Positions 28,220-39,003 are shown, numbered from the stretch's first letter. The stretch is DNA of 64,000 nucleotides from an uncultured Clostridia bacterium (GCA_947037025.1 CAMQSU010000005.1:6353-70352), one strand, 5' to 3'. Numbers and translations: made by a program. Notes: generated by a model not told the origin, from the letters alone.

Positions 28220-30376
28220 ATGAAAAACAGAAAAATTTACAAAATGGTAATTGGCGGCAATGAAGTGGAGATAGAAACTGGTGCTTATTGTGGACAAACT
28301 AACGGAACATGTCTTGTTAAATGTGGCGAAACTGTAGTAATGGTAAACGTTACAATGTCAAAATCTCCTAGAGATGGAATTGATTTTTTCCCATTAGGCG
28401 TTGACTATGAGGAAAAAATGTATTCAGTAGGCAGAATACCTGGGGGATTCAAAAAAAGAGAAGCGCGCCCAAGCGATAAAGGGATACTCGTATGCCGTCT
28501 TATTGACCGCCCACTAAGACCACTTTTTCCTAAAGGGTTTTACAATGATGTATCAGTAGTAGCAACCTGTCTATCTATCGAGCAAGATTTTCCACCAGAA
28601 GTGTATGTAATGATAGGTAGTTCAGTAGCATTATCAATATCTGATATACCTTTTGCGGGTCCTACGGGTTCTGTTGTTGTTGGATATGTAAACGGTGAAT
28701 ACGTTATAAATCCTAATCAAGAGCAACGAGATTTAAGCAAACTTCACTTAAACTTAAGCGGAACAAAAGACGCTATACTTATGGTAGAGGCTGGTTGTAA
28801 TGAGATTTCTGAATCAGAAATGATAGCAGCAATCTTGTTTGGTCATGAAGAAATCAAGCGTATCGTTGCATTTATTGAAAGCATACAAGAAGAGATTGGA
28901 AAGACTAAAATCATTCCTAATATCTATTCTGCTGGCCCTGAAATATACAAAGCAGTTAGAGAATATGCTGATGATTTGATTGATGTAACCCTTAATGAGT
29001 TTGATAGACAAGCCCGTCAACAGCTAGAAGAAGCTTTTGAAGCTGATGTATTTGCTCACTTTTCCGACATATATCCAGGATGTAAAAAAGATATTGCTAA
29101 CGTTTTATACAAAATGAAAAAACAGAAAATCCGTGCTAAAATATTGAACAGCGGCATCCGTCCTGACGGCAGAAGTGAAACAGAGATAAGGCATATTTGG
29201 TGTGAGCATGGTATTCTTCCTAGAGTGCACGGAAGCGCAGTATTTACACGTGGTCAAACGCAAGTACTTAACATTGCAACATTAGGAACAATCGGCGAAG
29301 TTCAAAAGCTAGAAGGTCTTGATAATGAAGTTTGCAAAAGATATATGCATCACTATAATTTCCCTGGATATAGCGTTGGTGAGGCTAAACCATCTCGTAG
29401 TCCAGGCCGTCGTGAGATTGGTCATGGAGCACTTGCAGAGCGTGCACTAGAACCAGTTCTACCTAATGAAATTGCATTTCCATATACTATCCGTACGGTA
29501 AGTGAGGTAATGAGTTCTAACGGGTCTTCATCAATGGCAAGTGTATGCGGAAGCTCACTGTCACTGATGGATGCAGGAGTGCCTATCAAGTCACCAGTAG
29601 CAGGTGTTGCTATGGGGCTTATCAGTAACGAGGATAAATCAATTATCAAAGTGCTTACTGATATTCAAGGGCTCGAGGACTTTTTAGGAGACATGGATTT
29701 TAAGGTAGCAGGAACAGCGGCAGGCATCACAGCAATCCAAATGGATATAAAGATTAAAGGTATAAATGAAGAAATTTTACGCAAAGCTCTTGAGCAAGCG
29801 CGTGTGGGTAGACTAGAGATCTTAGGAAAGATGAACGAAGTTTTATCTAAAGCAAATACTAAGTTATCTAAGTACGCACCTAAGATTATTTCTTTTGATA
29901 TTGACCCTGATAAAATCCGTGATGTTATCGGCAGTGGTGGTAAAGTTATTAACAAAATCATTGAAGATACTGGAGTTAAAATTGACATTAATGAAACAGG
30001 AACAGTATTTATCGCGTGTATTGATTACGACAAAGCAGAGCTTGCCAAAGAGATCATTATGTCAATTGTAAAAGTTGCTGAAGTGGGAGAAATTATACAG
30101 GGCAAAGTAGTAAGACTTATGGACTTTGGTGTATTCGTTAATATCTCTCATGGTAAAGATGGAATGGTTCACATATCTAAACTATCTGATGATAGAATTG
30201 AAGCGGTGACGGAAGTTGTTAATCAAGATGATTTAGTTAAGGTAGAGGTTATTAAAGTTGACGAGAAAGGCAGAGTTGACCTTAAGCTTATAGAAGTTGT
30301 TGAGCGTAGTGGTATCATATCAGAGCCGCCAGCAAAGAGCGAGCCAAAGCAATTTGGCAGAGCACCAAGAAGGTAA
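28220..30376 (+). CDS. pnp: polyribonucleotide nucleotidyltransferase (PNPase)
   Basis: The 718-aa product has two RNase PH-like domains, then KH (GSGGKVINKIIEDTG) and S1 (GKVVRLMDFGVFV) domains. Confidence 0.95.
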   Translation: MKNRKIYKMVIGGNEVEIETGAYCGQTNGTCLVKCGETVVMVNVTMSKSPRDGIDFFPLGVDYEEKMYSVGRIPGGFKKREARPSDKGILVCRLIDRPLRPLFPKGFYNDVSVVATCLSIEQDFPPEVYVMIGSSVALSISDIPFAGPTGSVVVGYVNGEYVINPNQEQRDLSKLHLNLSGTKDAILMVEAGCNEISESEMIAAILFGHEEIKRIVAFIESIQEEIGKTKIIPNIYSAGPEIYKAVREYADDLIDVTLNEFDRQARQQLEEAFEADVFAHFSDIYPGCKKDIANVLYKMKKQKIRAKILNSGIRPDGRSETEIRHIWCEHGILPRVHGSAVFTRGQTQVLNIATLGTIGEVQKLEGLDNEVCKRYMHHYNFPGYSVGEAKPSRSPGRREIGHGALAERALEPVLPNEIAFPYTIRTVSEVMSSNGSSSMASVCGSSLSLMDAGVPIKSPVAGVAMGLISNEDKSIIKVLTDIQGLEDFLGDMDFKVAGTAAGITAIQMDIKIKGINEEILRKALEQARVGRLEILGKMNEVLSKANTKLSKYAPKIISFDIDPDKIRDVIGSGGKVINKIIEDTGVKIDINETGTVFIACIDYDKAELAKEIIMSIVKVAEVGEIIQGKVVRLMDFGVFVNISHGKDGMVHISKLSDDRIEAVTEVVNQDDLVKVEVIKVDEKGRVDLKLIEVVERSGIISEPPAKSEPKQFGRAPRR

Positions 30377-30418
30377 CTTATATTTAGCGCAAAAACAATC
30401 ATAAATTGCAAATAAAAC

Positions 30419-30452
30419 AAATGAGGTAAGCGATAAGCTTACCTCATTTTAT
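30419..30452 (+). terminator. rho-independent terminator after pnp
   Basis: A 12-bp stem aatgaggtaagc (30420-30431) / gcttacctcatt (30437-30448), followed by ttat. Confidence 0.85.
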
Positions 30453-30897
30453 ATGCGCAAAATAAAAATAATTAATCTTATTTAACGGTAATTATATAGC
30501 AATTATTATGCTGCATATTGCTGCAAAAAATACTATAATTAATCAAAGCATTTGTGCTAAATTAATAGTATAATATTTATTATATTTAAGGTCATAATTA
30601 TACTGCAAAATGCACGATAATATATACCGTTTTTAATTGCAAAACGCACATAATTTCAACTAGTTGATTATGCATCAATTTTAGTTTCAAAAATCAAAAC
30701 AAAATTAATTACTTTATCTATAAATTAATAATAAAAATTTATCACTTTTACAGGTTATAATTATAATTAAATTATATTAAAATATTGTAATAATAATTAT
30801 TATATTTACTGCGTTAATAACGCAAAATTATTTACGCATAATTGTATAATAATTAGTTGGTAAAAGTCTAATAAAAATACACTAAAAGTGATTTAAT

Positions 30898-31602
30898 TTA
30901 GTACCTGATAACATCACTAACTTTTGCACAGTTAATAGCATTATCGGCGTAGTATTTGAGTATGTTCGGCAGTGCTTTTGCAGTGCAGTCTGTCGGGTGC
31001 ATAAGTATTAAGTCGCCTGCCTTAACATCTTTTGTTGCGCGTTTATAAATTAAATCGGCATTTTTATCACGCCAATCGATAGTATCACGGCTCCACATTA
31101 TTGTTTTGTATCCAAGACTTTCGCTAGCCTCAAGAGTAGCATCATTAAATGCACCTGATGGTGGAGCAAATAGATTAGTTTTAACTCCTATTTTTTGCTC
31201 AATTAAACTTTGCGTAACACTTATTTCACGAAGGTTTTGCTCTAGATTTAGTTTGTCTTGATCTTTGTGCAGGTAACCATGATTTGCAATCTCATGACCG
31301 CGAGAGTGAATTTCTTTTAGCATAGCATCGTTTTTTGCGACCCAGCTTCCACCAAAAAAGAAGGTGGTTTTAACATTGTACTTGTCAAGAGTATCTAGCA
31401 TTGACGGCAAGTACTCATCACCCCAATAAACGTTTATCATTAAGCTTACGTTATTGTTTAAAGGATTTCCGTTATATATTGGCTTTGCGCTCGTGCTAGC
31501 TGTGGTAGCTGCTGGATTTGAAAAGAAAACTAGTAGCGAAAGGCTCACTAACACTAGTGATAATACGATATTGCTGATAATATAAGTTTTTTTCATGCTC
31601 AC
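30898..31602 (-). CDS. polysaccharide deacetylase (NodB homology domain), PdaB/YlxY-like
   Basis: The 234-aa product has an N-terminal TM/signal segment and the blocks TFFFGGSW, ANHGYLHKD and LMHP. A GAGGTGAG RBS is present on the minus strand. Confidence 0.85.
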   Translation of the reverse strand: MSMKKTYIISNIVLSLVLVSLSLLVFFSNPAATTASTSAKPIYNGNPLNNNVSLMINVYWGDEYLPSMLDTLDKYNVKTTFFFGGSWVAKNDAMLKEIHSRGHEIANHGYLHKDQDKLNLEQNLREISVTQSLIEQKIGVKTNLFAPPSGAFNDATLEASESLGYKTIMWSRDTIDWRDKNADLIYKRATKDVKAGDLILMHPTDCTAKALPNILKYYADNAINCAKVSDVIRY

Positions 31603-31923
31603 CTCTATTATAATGTATGAATAAAAGTGAGAAAATAAACCATAATTTAGACAAAGTAGTCAAAATATGTATAAGCTATTAGATTATAATTAAAATTATT
31701 AGCAAATTCTGCCCAAAGTCTTTACTTTGCGCGTGAAAAGTTATATAATATATAGGTATAAATATGTTTAATTATGAATTGTACCTAAATCAAGCACAAA
31801 ATGCTATAAATAATTTATATTTAATTTAAGTATTAAGTGTAAATGCGTATTAGATGATTAAATTTAGCAACAATTGCATATATGGATAGATTGGCGTCAA
31901 GTGACGCAATATAAGGAGATAGA

Positions 31924-33189
31924 ATGATAAATTCAATAATTAGATTAGATAATGGACTAAAGGTTGTCCACAAAAAAATGCCAGGGCTTAGGTCTGTTGC
32001 AATGTGCGTTATGACAGCAGTCGGCAGTAGTGATGAAAGTGAAATCAATAACGGTATTTCACATTTCATCGAGCATATGATGTTTAAGGGTACGGCTAAG
32101 CGTACGTCATTTGATATCGTGTCAGAGGTTGCAGGACTTGGTGCACAAATTAACGCATTCACATCAAAGCAATCAACTTGTTACTATATTGTTACAGTTG
32201 ATGATTATATTGAAGACTGTGCAGATATCTTAAGTGACTTTTATTTCAATTCAACATTTGCAGCGGAAGAGATGGAAAAAGAAAAAGGAGTAGTATTAGA
32301 AGAAATAGCAATGAGTACGGATACTCCAGATGATTTTTGCCTTGAGAATTTAACATCACTTTTCTACAAAGGCAGCTCGCTAGGACAAACTATCTTAGGC
32401 CCACCAGAGAATATAAAAAAGTTTAATCCAAAAATGTTGCATGACTATGTAGATAACATGTACTGCGCTGATAATACTGTTGTTTGCTTTGCCGGCAATA
32501 TTGAGCAAGATAGAGCAATTGATTTAGCAAACAAATATTTTGCAAGCAATTTCAAAAACTCAGCTTGCGGCAAAACTTCTGCAGCATTTCATCAAGTTAA
32601 AAGTGACAGCATAACTGTTGTCAAGGATTTAGAGCAAGCGAACATCGCATTTGCATTCCCAAGTTTTGAGCTAGGCAGCAAATATGAAATGGCGAATATG
32701 CTAATGAGTACAATTTTCGGTTCTGGCATGAGTTCAAGACTTTTTCAGGAAATAAGAGAGCGTAACGGATTAGCATATAATGTTTTCTCATATCCATCGT
32801 CATTTATAAACAACGGAGATTTCTCGATCTATCTAGGAACAAACCCAAACACTAGCATGAAAGCGATTCAATCAGTTAGGAAGGAAATTTTGGAAGTTAA
32901 AAAGAACGGCTTTACAGCAGACGAGATTGAAAGATGCAAAAGGCAGCTAAAAGGCGGATATGTATTATCACAGGAGAGTAATTCATCAGTGATGCGTATG
33001 CTATCAAGATTTGCGTTATTCCTTGATAAACCATTTGATTTAGAGGAGCGTATTGAAGCTATCGAAAAAGTTACCAATGATGAGTTAGTTGAAGTATGCA
33101 AGCACGTGTTTGATATGGATAAAGTTGTAGCGAGTTATTTAGGCAAAGCGCCATCATTTGACCCGCTAGCAGTAATTAAAGGATGCTAA
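31924..33189 (+). CDS. M16 family zinc peptidase (insulinase-like)
   Basis: The 421-aa product has the inverted zinc motif HFIEHMMFKGT. An AAGGAG RBS is present. Confidence 0.85.
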   Translation: MINSIIRLDNGLKVVHKKMPGLRSVAMCVMTAVGSSDESEINNGISHFIEHMMFKGTAKRTSFDIVSEVAGLGAQINAFTSKQSTCYYIVTVDDYIEDCADILSDFYFNSTFAAEEMEKEKGVVLEEIAMSTDTPDDFCLENLTSLFYKGSSLGQTILGPPENIKKFNPKMLHDYVDNMYCADNTVVCFAGNIEQDRAIDLANKYFASNFKNSACGKTSAAFHQVKSDSITVVKDLEQANIAFAFPSFELGSKYEMANMLMSTIFGSGMSSRLFQEIRERNGLAYNVFSYPSSFINNGDFSIYLGTNPNTSMKAIQSVRKEILEVKKNGFTADEIERCKRQLKGGYVLSQESNSSVMRMLSRFALFLDKPFDLEERIEAIEKVTNDELVEVCKHVFDMDKVVASYLGKAPSFDPLAVIKGC

Positions 33190-33191
33190 CA

Positions 33192-33614
33192 ATGGATAAA
33201 GTAAAAGATGATAACAAAATTGCTGATATCGGTCAAGATTTTGACAAGATGGATAAGCTTGATAAAATATTTGCAATGCAAAAGGCATTTGACGAGGATT
33301 TAATTCGAAACAGGCATTTAGAGGATATTAAACCAGAGCAGTGGATACAAAAGCAAACACTTGCAATGATTAGTGAGCTTGCGGAGTTATTAGATGAGGT
33401 TAATTTTAAGTGGTGGAAGAATGAAAAGCCACTTAATGAAAAAGCCATCCGAGAGGAGATAATAGATATTCTACATTTTTTTACAGGAATGTGCTTAAGG
33501 ATGGGAATGACAAGTCAAGATGTGTTTGATATATATATGCAAAAAAACAAAGAAAACTTTGATAGACAGTATGGCAAGTCGGAAAAGACAGGTTATGAAT
33601 TAGATAAAAAGTAA
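33192..33614 (+). CDS. dimeric all-alpha dUTPase / NTP pyrophosphohydrolase family protein
   Basis: About 140 aa. The blocks ISELAELLDE..FKWWK and EEIIDILHFF resemble the dimeric dUTPase family. The start is ambiguous between 33183 and 33192. Confidence 0.65.
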   Translation: MDKVKDDNKIADIGQDFDKMDKLDKIFAMQKAFDEDLIRNRHLEDIKPEQWIQKQTLAMISELAELLDEVNFKWWKNEKPLNEKAIREEIIDILHFFTGMCLRMGMTSQDVFDIYMQKNKENFDRQYGKSEKTGYELDKK

Positions 33615-33669
33615 AGATTTATGCTGTAAAGAGTAAACAATTTAGATAGCAGCAGTAGTTGGAGGACAA

Positions 33670-36600
33670 ATGAAAAAAAGCGAAAAAGGAAAATATGATC
33701 ATTTTATAGAAGGCGGAATAATACTGGGGATAGGCATTGTAATGATGCTAATATTGTTTGGTGCATTTGGCGGAGTAGGGTTGATTATAACCAATTTCTT
33801 CATAGGAGTATTTGGCTACACGATTTATGCATTTGTAATTATGTTTAACTTAGTAGGCGTACTAATAATGCTAAAAGTTAAAGCACCTAAAATCAGTTTA
33901 ATCAGAATAATCGGAATAGCAGTATTTGCAATAATGATAATAGGATTAACGCATATAATCAGTTCTGCTGATTTATCTAAGGCGGGATACGGAAAATATA
34001 TTTCTGGATGTTATGTCAATCATGACACGGCTGGCGGAGTAATCGCAGCCATCTTTACTTATCCAATTATGGCAATCAATTATTATTTTGCAATAGTATT
34101 GGTAGCCTTACTTGCGATAGTGAGCAGTGGAGTAGTAGTATTCCACGGAACTATTGAGGAAGTTATTGCAGGCAGATCAAAGAAGACAAAACATGCAGAG
34201 CCGCAAGATATAGATTCTTTATATGACACTGAGTATATGCAAACTGGAAACGGTCTAAATATCGGTGAAATGAGAGAGGACACTCCAAAGGCTACAGGCA
34301 GAAAGCGTGATAAAGTTGCACCAGAGCCGGACAGCTACCTAAGTTTAGACGAGTTGTCGGAAGTTAGGGCAAGGGAGCAGTATGCAAGAGATAATAATAT
34401 AATTTCGAAAGAATTGCCGCAAGAGCCAGACACTTCATTCAGAAGCAAGGCAATGGGGATATTTAAGAAAGAAGTGCCAGTACAAGAGTCAGCTCCACAA
34501 GAGCCAGCAATGGAAGGAAGTTTCGGTGATGCGGTAGACGTTTTATACGGTAAAAGTGTGCGTGACCAAGCAATATTGACTATGCGTACGAGTACTTATG
34601 ATGAAGCTGACCTAAAGAGTTACTCAAATGATTACAGACTTGAAAAGCTTAGGCGTAGACTTAGCGGTGAGGACAACAATGTACTAGCTGACAATGCGGA
34701 AGAAAGCCTTGAGCAATTTGATGTAGTGATAGAAGATGTTACTAATAGTTATAAAGTAACTGGTATGAGCGAAGATATTAATGATATAAATAATTCTATT
34801 GATAGCGGAGTGATAAATGCGGAGAGAGATAATTCATTCAATAACGAAAGTTTAAATAATTCTCGTGACAATTCACTTGGCGGCATTGCAAATAATTCTC
34901 GTGACAATTCACTTGGCGGAAGTAGCAATGTTGGATTTGCATCAAGCAAAGCTAATGGAGAGCCAGATTTCTTCAAGGTGGAAAAAATCGAGATTACTAA
35001 AGATATACCTACAAGCACTCCAGAAGTTAACAGTGCACTAGCCGCAAGACTTGCAAAGCATAAGGCAAAGCAAAACAACAATACACCGCAAGCAACTCCA
35101 AACCCACCAGCTACTGTATATGAAGAGTCAGGTGATTTCACCGATATTCTTAGAAAGCAAAGAGAAGCTAGAGAGGCGGAGAGCAGAAACCAGTTATTGC
35201 AAAGACATAATGTAGAGCAAGCACCTAACACTGATTTAAGAGAAAGAATAGCACGCAGTGATAAAGGCGGCTCACATCAAGTGGGGACGGGAGTTAAGTT
35301 CGGCGGAATAATGGAGGGCAGCACGCCACCATTGCAGCGACTTGACTCATTAAAGCCAATAGATATTCCAAAGATAGAAGAGGAGAAAAAAGCGGCGGTT
35401 AAGCGTCGGCCAAAACTTGCAAAATACAAATTCCCTCCACTGTCATTACTTGAGGATTATAAGTCAAATGAGGATGGAAATGAGGACTTTGCACTAAAGC
35501 AGACAGTGCTTGAGGAAATGTTCTCAAACTTTGGTATTGATGCAAAAGTTATGAATATCATCAAAGGCCCAACATTCTCAAGAATGGAGCTAATGATGCC
35601 AAGAGGAATCTCAGTAAACAAGATAGCAAACCTTAGCAACGACATTGCGATGTGCCTTGAAGTTGATAGTGTTAGATGTCAGATACCTATTCCTGGAAAG
35701 AATTTATTTGGAGTAGAAGTTCCTAATAAAGTTCGTGGAATGGTAGGACTTAAGCAAGTTATAAAGAGTAACGAGTTTGCAAACCCTAAGCACAGTGTAA
35801 CATTTGCACTAGGACAGGATTGTGACGGAAATAATTACGTAGCGGATCTTGCAAAAATGCCTCACTTGCTGATAGCGGGTGCGACAGGAGCAGGTAAATC
35901 GGTGTGTATAAATTCACTAATTTGTTCTATGGTCTACAAGTACACGCCGCAGCAACTTAGACTATTGCTAGTTGACCCTAAGCATGTTGAGCTAAACATG
36001 TACAACGGCATCCCTCATCTACTTATCCCGACAACAGTTTGTGATAAGGATAAAGCGTTAAATCTACTAGATTGGGCGATTGAGGAGATGGAGTTAAGGT
36101 ATACTACATTTGCACAAAGCAGAGTTCAAAACATCGGCGATTACAACAAAATTCCTGATCTAAAGCAAGAGGATATTCTTCCACACATCGCAATCATTAT
36201 TGATGAGGTGGGCGACCTTATGACGTATGTTAAAAAGGAGCTTGAGGAAAGGATTGTTAGACTTACTCAAAAAGCTAGAGCGGCAGGAATATGCCTGATA
36301 CTAGCAACTCAAAGACCGTCAGTTGATGTCATCACAGGAATAATTAAAGCTAACTTACCATCACGAATTGCTTTTGCAGTTCCGTCATATGCGGATAGTA
36401 AAACAATCATCGATGCTGCAGGCGCGGAGAAGCTTTTAAGAAATGGCGATATGCTATTTTCAGAGAGTTCATCACCAGTCCCAGTGAGGGTGCAGGGAAC
36501 ATTTATCAGCGGACAGGAAGTAAATGCAATATGCGATTATATAAGGGATAACAACGAAGCTTATTTTGACCCAGAAGTTGAAAATATGATCATGAACGAA

Positions 36601-36885
36601 AAGCCAAACGGAGCGAATGCTTCAGGAACATCGTTTAGCAATACGGGTAATACAAGTTCTGATGAAGATGATATGTTTGTCAAAGCACTTAATTATTTTG
36701 TGCACACTAAAAAGGTGAGCATAACTAATATACAGCGTAGGTTTGGCGTAGGCTTCCCTAGGGCGGCAAGGATAGTTGATCTAATGGAAGATAAAGGCTA
36801 TATTGTTGCAAAAGATAATAAGAAAGAAATCGCTATTAGTGTAGAGGATTTCACTAAATTATATGGAGATAGAATAATTGAATAA
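33670..36885 (+). CDS. ftsK: DNA translocase FtsK/SpoIIIE
   Basis: The 1071-aa product has N-terminal TM segments, a long low-complexity linker, a motor domain (LLIAGATGAGKSVCIN Walker A, IIIDEVGDLM) and a C-terminal winged-helix gamma domain (QRRFGVGFPRAARIVDLMEDKG). Confidence 0.92.
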   Translation: MKKSEKGKYDHFIEGGIILGIGIVMMLILFGAFGGVGLIITNFFIGVFGYTIYAFVIMFNLVGVLIMLKVKAPKISLIRIIGIAVFAIMIIGLTHIISSADLSKAGYGKYISGCYVNHDTAGGVIAAIFTYPIMAINYYFAIVLVALLAIVSSGVVVFHGTIEEVIAGRSKKTKHAEPQDIDSLYDTEYMQTGNGLNIGEMREDTPKATGRKRDKVAPEPDSYLSLDELSEVRAREQYARDNNIISKELPQEPDTSFRSKAMGIFKKEVPVQESAPQEPAMEGSFGDAVDVLYGKSVRDQAILTMRTSTYDEADLKSYSNDYRLEKLRRRLSGEDNNVLADNAEESLEQFDVVIEDVTNSYKVTGMSEDINDINNSIDSGVINAERDNSFNNESLNNSRDNSLGGIANNSRDNSLGGSSNVGFASSKANGEPDFFKVEKIEITKDIPTSTPEVNSALAARLAKHKAKQNNNTPQATPNPPATVYEESGDFTDILRKQREAREAESRNQLLQRHNVEQAPNTDLRERIARSDKGGSHQVGTGVKFGGIMEGSTPPLQRLDSLKPIDIPKIEEEKKAAVKRRPKLAKYKFPPLSLLEDYKSNEDGNEDFALKQTVLEEMFSNFGIDAKVMNIIKGPTFSRMELMMPRGISVNKIANLSNDIAMCLEVDSVRCQIPIPGKNLFGVEVPNKVRGMVGLKQVIKSNEFANPKHSVTFALGQDCDGNNYVADLAKMPHLLIAGATGAGKSVCINSLICSMVYKYTPQQLRLLLVDPKHVELNMYNGIPHLLIPTTVCDKDKALNLLDWAIEEMELRYTTFAQSRVQNIGDYNKIPDLKQEDILPHIAIIIDEVGDLMTYVKKELEERIVRLTQKARAAGICLILATQRPSVDVITGIIKANLPSRIAFAVPSYADSKTIIDAAGAEKLLRNGDMLFSESSSPVPVRVQGTFISGQEVNAICDYIRDNNEAYFDPEVENMIMNEKPNGANASGTSFSNTGNTSSDEDDMFVKALNYFVHTKKVSITNIQRRFGVGFPRAARIVDLMEDKGYIVAKDNKKEIAISVEDFTKLYGDRIIE
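34855..34926 (+). repeat. 36-bp tandem duplication in the FtsK linker
   Basis: aataattctcgtgacaattcacttggcgg occurs at 34855 and again at 34891, encoding NNSRDNSLGG twice. Confidence 0.85.
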
Positions 36886-38200
36886 AATAGGTGTAATATC
36901 GCTTGGTTGTGATAAAAACAGAGTGGATACGGAGCATATGTTAGCATTTTTACAAAAAGATGGCTACACATTCACAGGCGACCCGTCCGATGCGGATATA
37001 ATTGTAATAAACACTTGTGCTTTTATAGAAAGTGCAAAAAAAGAGTCAGTAGATACAATCCTTGAGATGTCAGAGCATAAAACGACAGGCAAGTGTAAAT
37101 GTCTAATCGTATCCGGCTGTTTAACGCAAAGGTATATGGATGAGCTAAAAGATGACCTTACGGAAGTGGATATTTTTCTAGGTACGGCAGGGTATAAAGA
37201 TTTGCCAGAACTTCTTGCTAAGTTTAATGGCGAGCGAGTAGCTGTCGCAAATGACCTTAATAAGCGAGAGGAATTTAATGGTGAAAGAGTTTTAACAACT
37301 CCTTATCACTATGCTTATGTTAAGATTGCAGAGGGCTGTGACAACAATTGCACATACTGCGCGATACCAGCAATAAGAGGCGCGTATACATCAAGGAAAA
37401 TCGAGGATATCACAAGCGAAGTTCAAGGACTTATAACTAGTTATGGTGTTAAGGAATTAAATATTGTAGCGCAGGATATAACAAGATATGGTGAGGACAT
37501 TTACGGCGAAATAAAGCTTATTGAGCTACTAGATGAACTGTCAAAACTAAACGTTAAATGGATAAGACTTTTGTATTGTTATCCAGAGCTTGTAACAGAT
37601 AGATTGCTAGAGTACATTGCATCAAATCCTAAAATAGTCAAGTATATTGATATCCCAATGCAGCATGCATCAAGCAGAGTTTTAAAACGAATGAACAGGC
37701 ACATAACTCACGAGCAATTAGTATCACTTATTGAAAGAGTTAGATGCATTTGCCCAGATATGGCAATCCGGACTACATTCATTGTAGGGTTCCCTGACGA
37801 GAGCGAACAAGACTTTGCAACACTTGCAAAATTTATCCAAGATAGCAAGTTTGATAAATGCGGATTCTTTGCGTATTCAAGGGAAGAAGGCACACCGGCA
37901 TATAATTTGGATGGTCAGTTAGATGAGCAAATAAAGGCTGATAGAGTGGAAAAGCTTTATGCGATTCAAGAGGGCATAATGGCGGAAAAGTGCAAAGCTA
38001 TGATAGGCAAAGTTGTAGAGGTCATATATGAAGATATAGACTATGACAATGAGTGTTTTATAGGTAGAACAAAAACAGATGCACCAGAGATTGATGGAGT
38101 AGTATACTTTACATCAGCAGACCCGCTAGACATCGGAGAGATATATTCAGTGACAATTTTGAGCACAAATGGTGTTGATTTAATAGGAGAAAAATTATGA
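36878..38200 (+). CDS. rimO: ribosomal protein S12 methylthiotransferase RimO
   Basis: The start is a TTG. The product begins NKIGVISLGCDKN, carries the radical-SAM motif CDNNCTYCAIP, and has a C-terminal TRAM-like region. The position after ftsK and before pgsA is typical. Confidence 0.85.
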   Translation: MNKIGVISLGCDKNRVDTEHMLAFLQKDGYTFTGDPSDADIIVINTCAFIESAKKESVDTILEMSEHKTTGKCKCLIVSGCLTQRYMDELKDDLTEVDIFLGTAGYKDLPELLAKFNGERVAVANDLNKREEFNGERVLTTPYHYAYVKIAEGCDNNCTYCAIPAIRGAYTSRKIEDITSEVQGLITSYGVKELNIVAQDITRYGEDIYGEIKLIELLDELSKLNVKWIRLLYCYPELVTDRLLEYIASNPKIVKYIDIPMQHASSRVLKRMNRHITHEQLVSLIERVRCICPDMAIRTTFIVGFPDESEQDFATLAKFIQDSKFDKCGFFAYSREEGTPAYNLDGQLDEQIKADRVEKLYAIQEGIMAEKCKAMIGKVVEVIYEDIDYDNECFIGRTKTDAPEIDGVVYFTSADPLDIGEIYSVTILSTNGVDLIGEKL

Positions 38201-38997
38201 ATTTACCTACAAAAATAACCTTAGCAAGAATTGGTTTAGTACCAGTAATAATTGCATTATTCTGTTTGAAGGAAGTGTTCCCGTATTATTATGTACCAAT
38301 GACACTTTTATACATATTAACATCATGCACTGATGCGGTAGATGGATACCTTGCGCGCAAGCACAATATGGTAACTGATTTAGGAAAGTTTTTAGACCCG
38401 ATAGCGGATAAGATTCTTGTTGTTACAGGACTAATAATCTTGCTAGATATGAATTTTATAATACCGGGAACGGATAAGTTATTTCCTGTCATGCCACCGT
38501 ACGGCGGCGTAATTGGTGTCATTGCAATACTTGCAAGAGAATTTATTATCGGAGTATTAAGACAGATGGCAGCAGCAAAAGGTGTAGTACTTGCAGCAGA
38601 TAACTGGGGCAAGGCAAAGACAGTCGTAACACTTATATTTATCCCAATGCTAATGTTTGTACCGCTTATCAATGTAGATATTGCTGGTGTAATGTGGACA
38701 GGAATAGTATTCTTATTCTTAGGATGGGCACTATTTGCAGTCGCAACATTGATGACGCTTTTTTCAGGACTTAATTACATTATCAAAAACAAGCATGTAT
38801 TTGAGGAAATTAAAGGTATGTCTAAAGGTGACGTTGATACTAAAATTATCGATGGTAATTTAGTTGATAGTGAAAGCAGTAATACAATAGATGCTAGCAG
38901 CGCAATAGACAATATAGATATCAATATACATAATAATATAGATAATAATAAAGATGTTGATGCTAAAATGCAAGTTTTAAGCAGTGACAAGGAGTAG
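38197..38997 (+). CDS. pgsA: CDP-diacylglycerol--glycerol-3-phosphate 3-phosphatidyltransferase (with C-terminal extension)
   Basis: The CDP-alcohol phosphatidyltransferase motif DAVDGYLARK...G.FLDPIADK is present. ATGA overlap with the rimO stop. An extra roughly 70-aa hydrophilic tail follows the last TM. Confidence 0.88.
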   Translation: MNLPTKITLARIGLVPVIIALFCLKEVFPYYYVPMTLLYILTSCTDAVDGYLARKHNMVTDLGKFLDPIADKILVVTGLIILLDMNFIIPGTDKLFPVMPPYGGVIGVIAILAREFIIGVLRQMAAAKGVVLAADNWGKAKTVVTLIFIPMLMFVPLINVDIAGVMWTGIVFLFLGWALFAVATLMTLFSGLNYIIKNKHVFEEIKGMSKGDVDTKIIDGNLVDSESSNTIDASSAIDNIDINIHNNIDNNKDVDAKMQVLSSDKE

Positions 38998-39003
38998 ATA
39001 TAT

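Noticed and set aside
34749-35231. Long antisense ORFs inside ftsK (34749-35231), rpoC (54075-54557), the ABC ATPase gene (45095-45529), and similar minus-strand ORFs listed in the track.
   Set aside because: Each lies fully within a strongly supported + strand gene. None has an RBS, and their Leu/Ser-rich composition is typical of antisense frames in AT-rich coding DNA.
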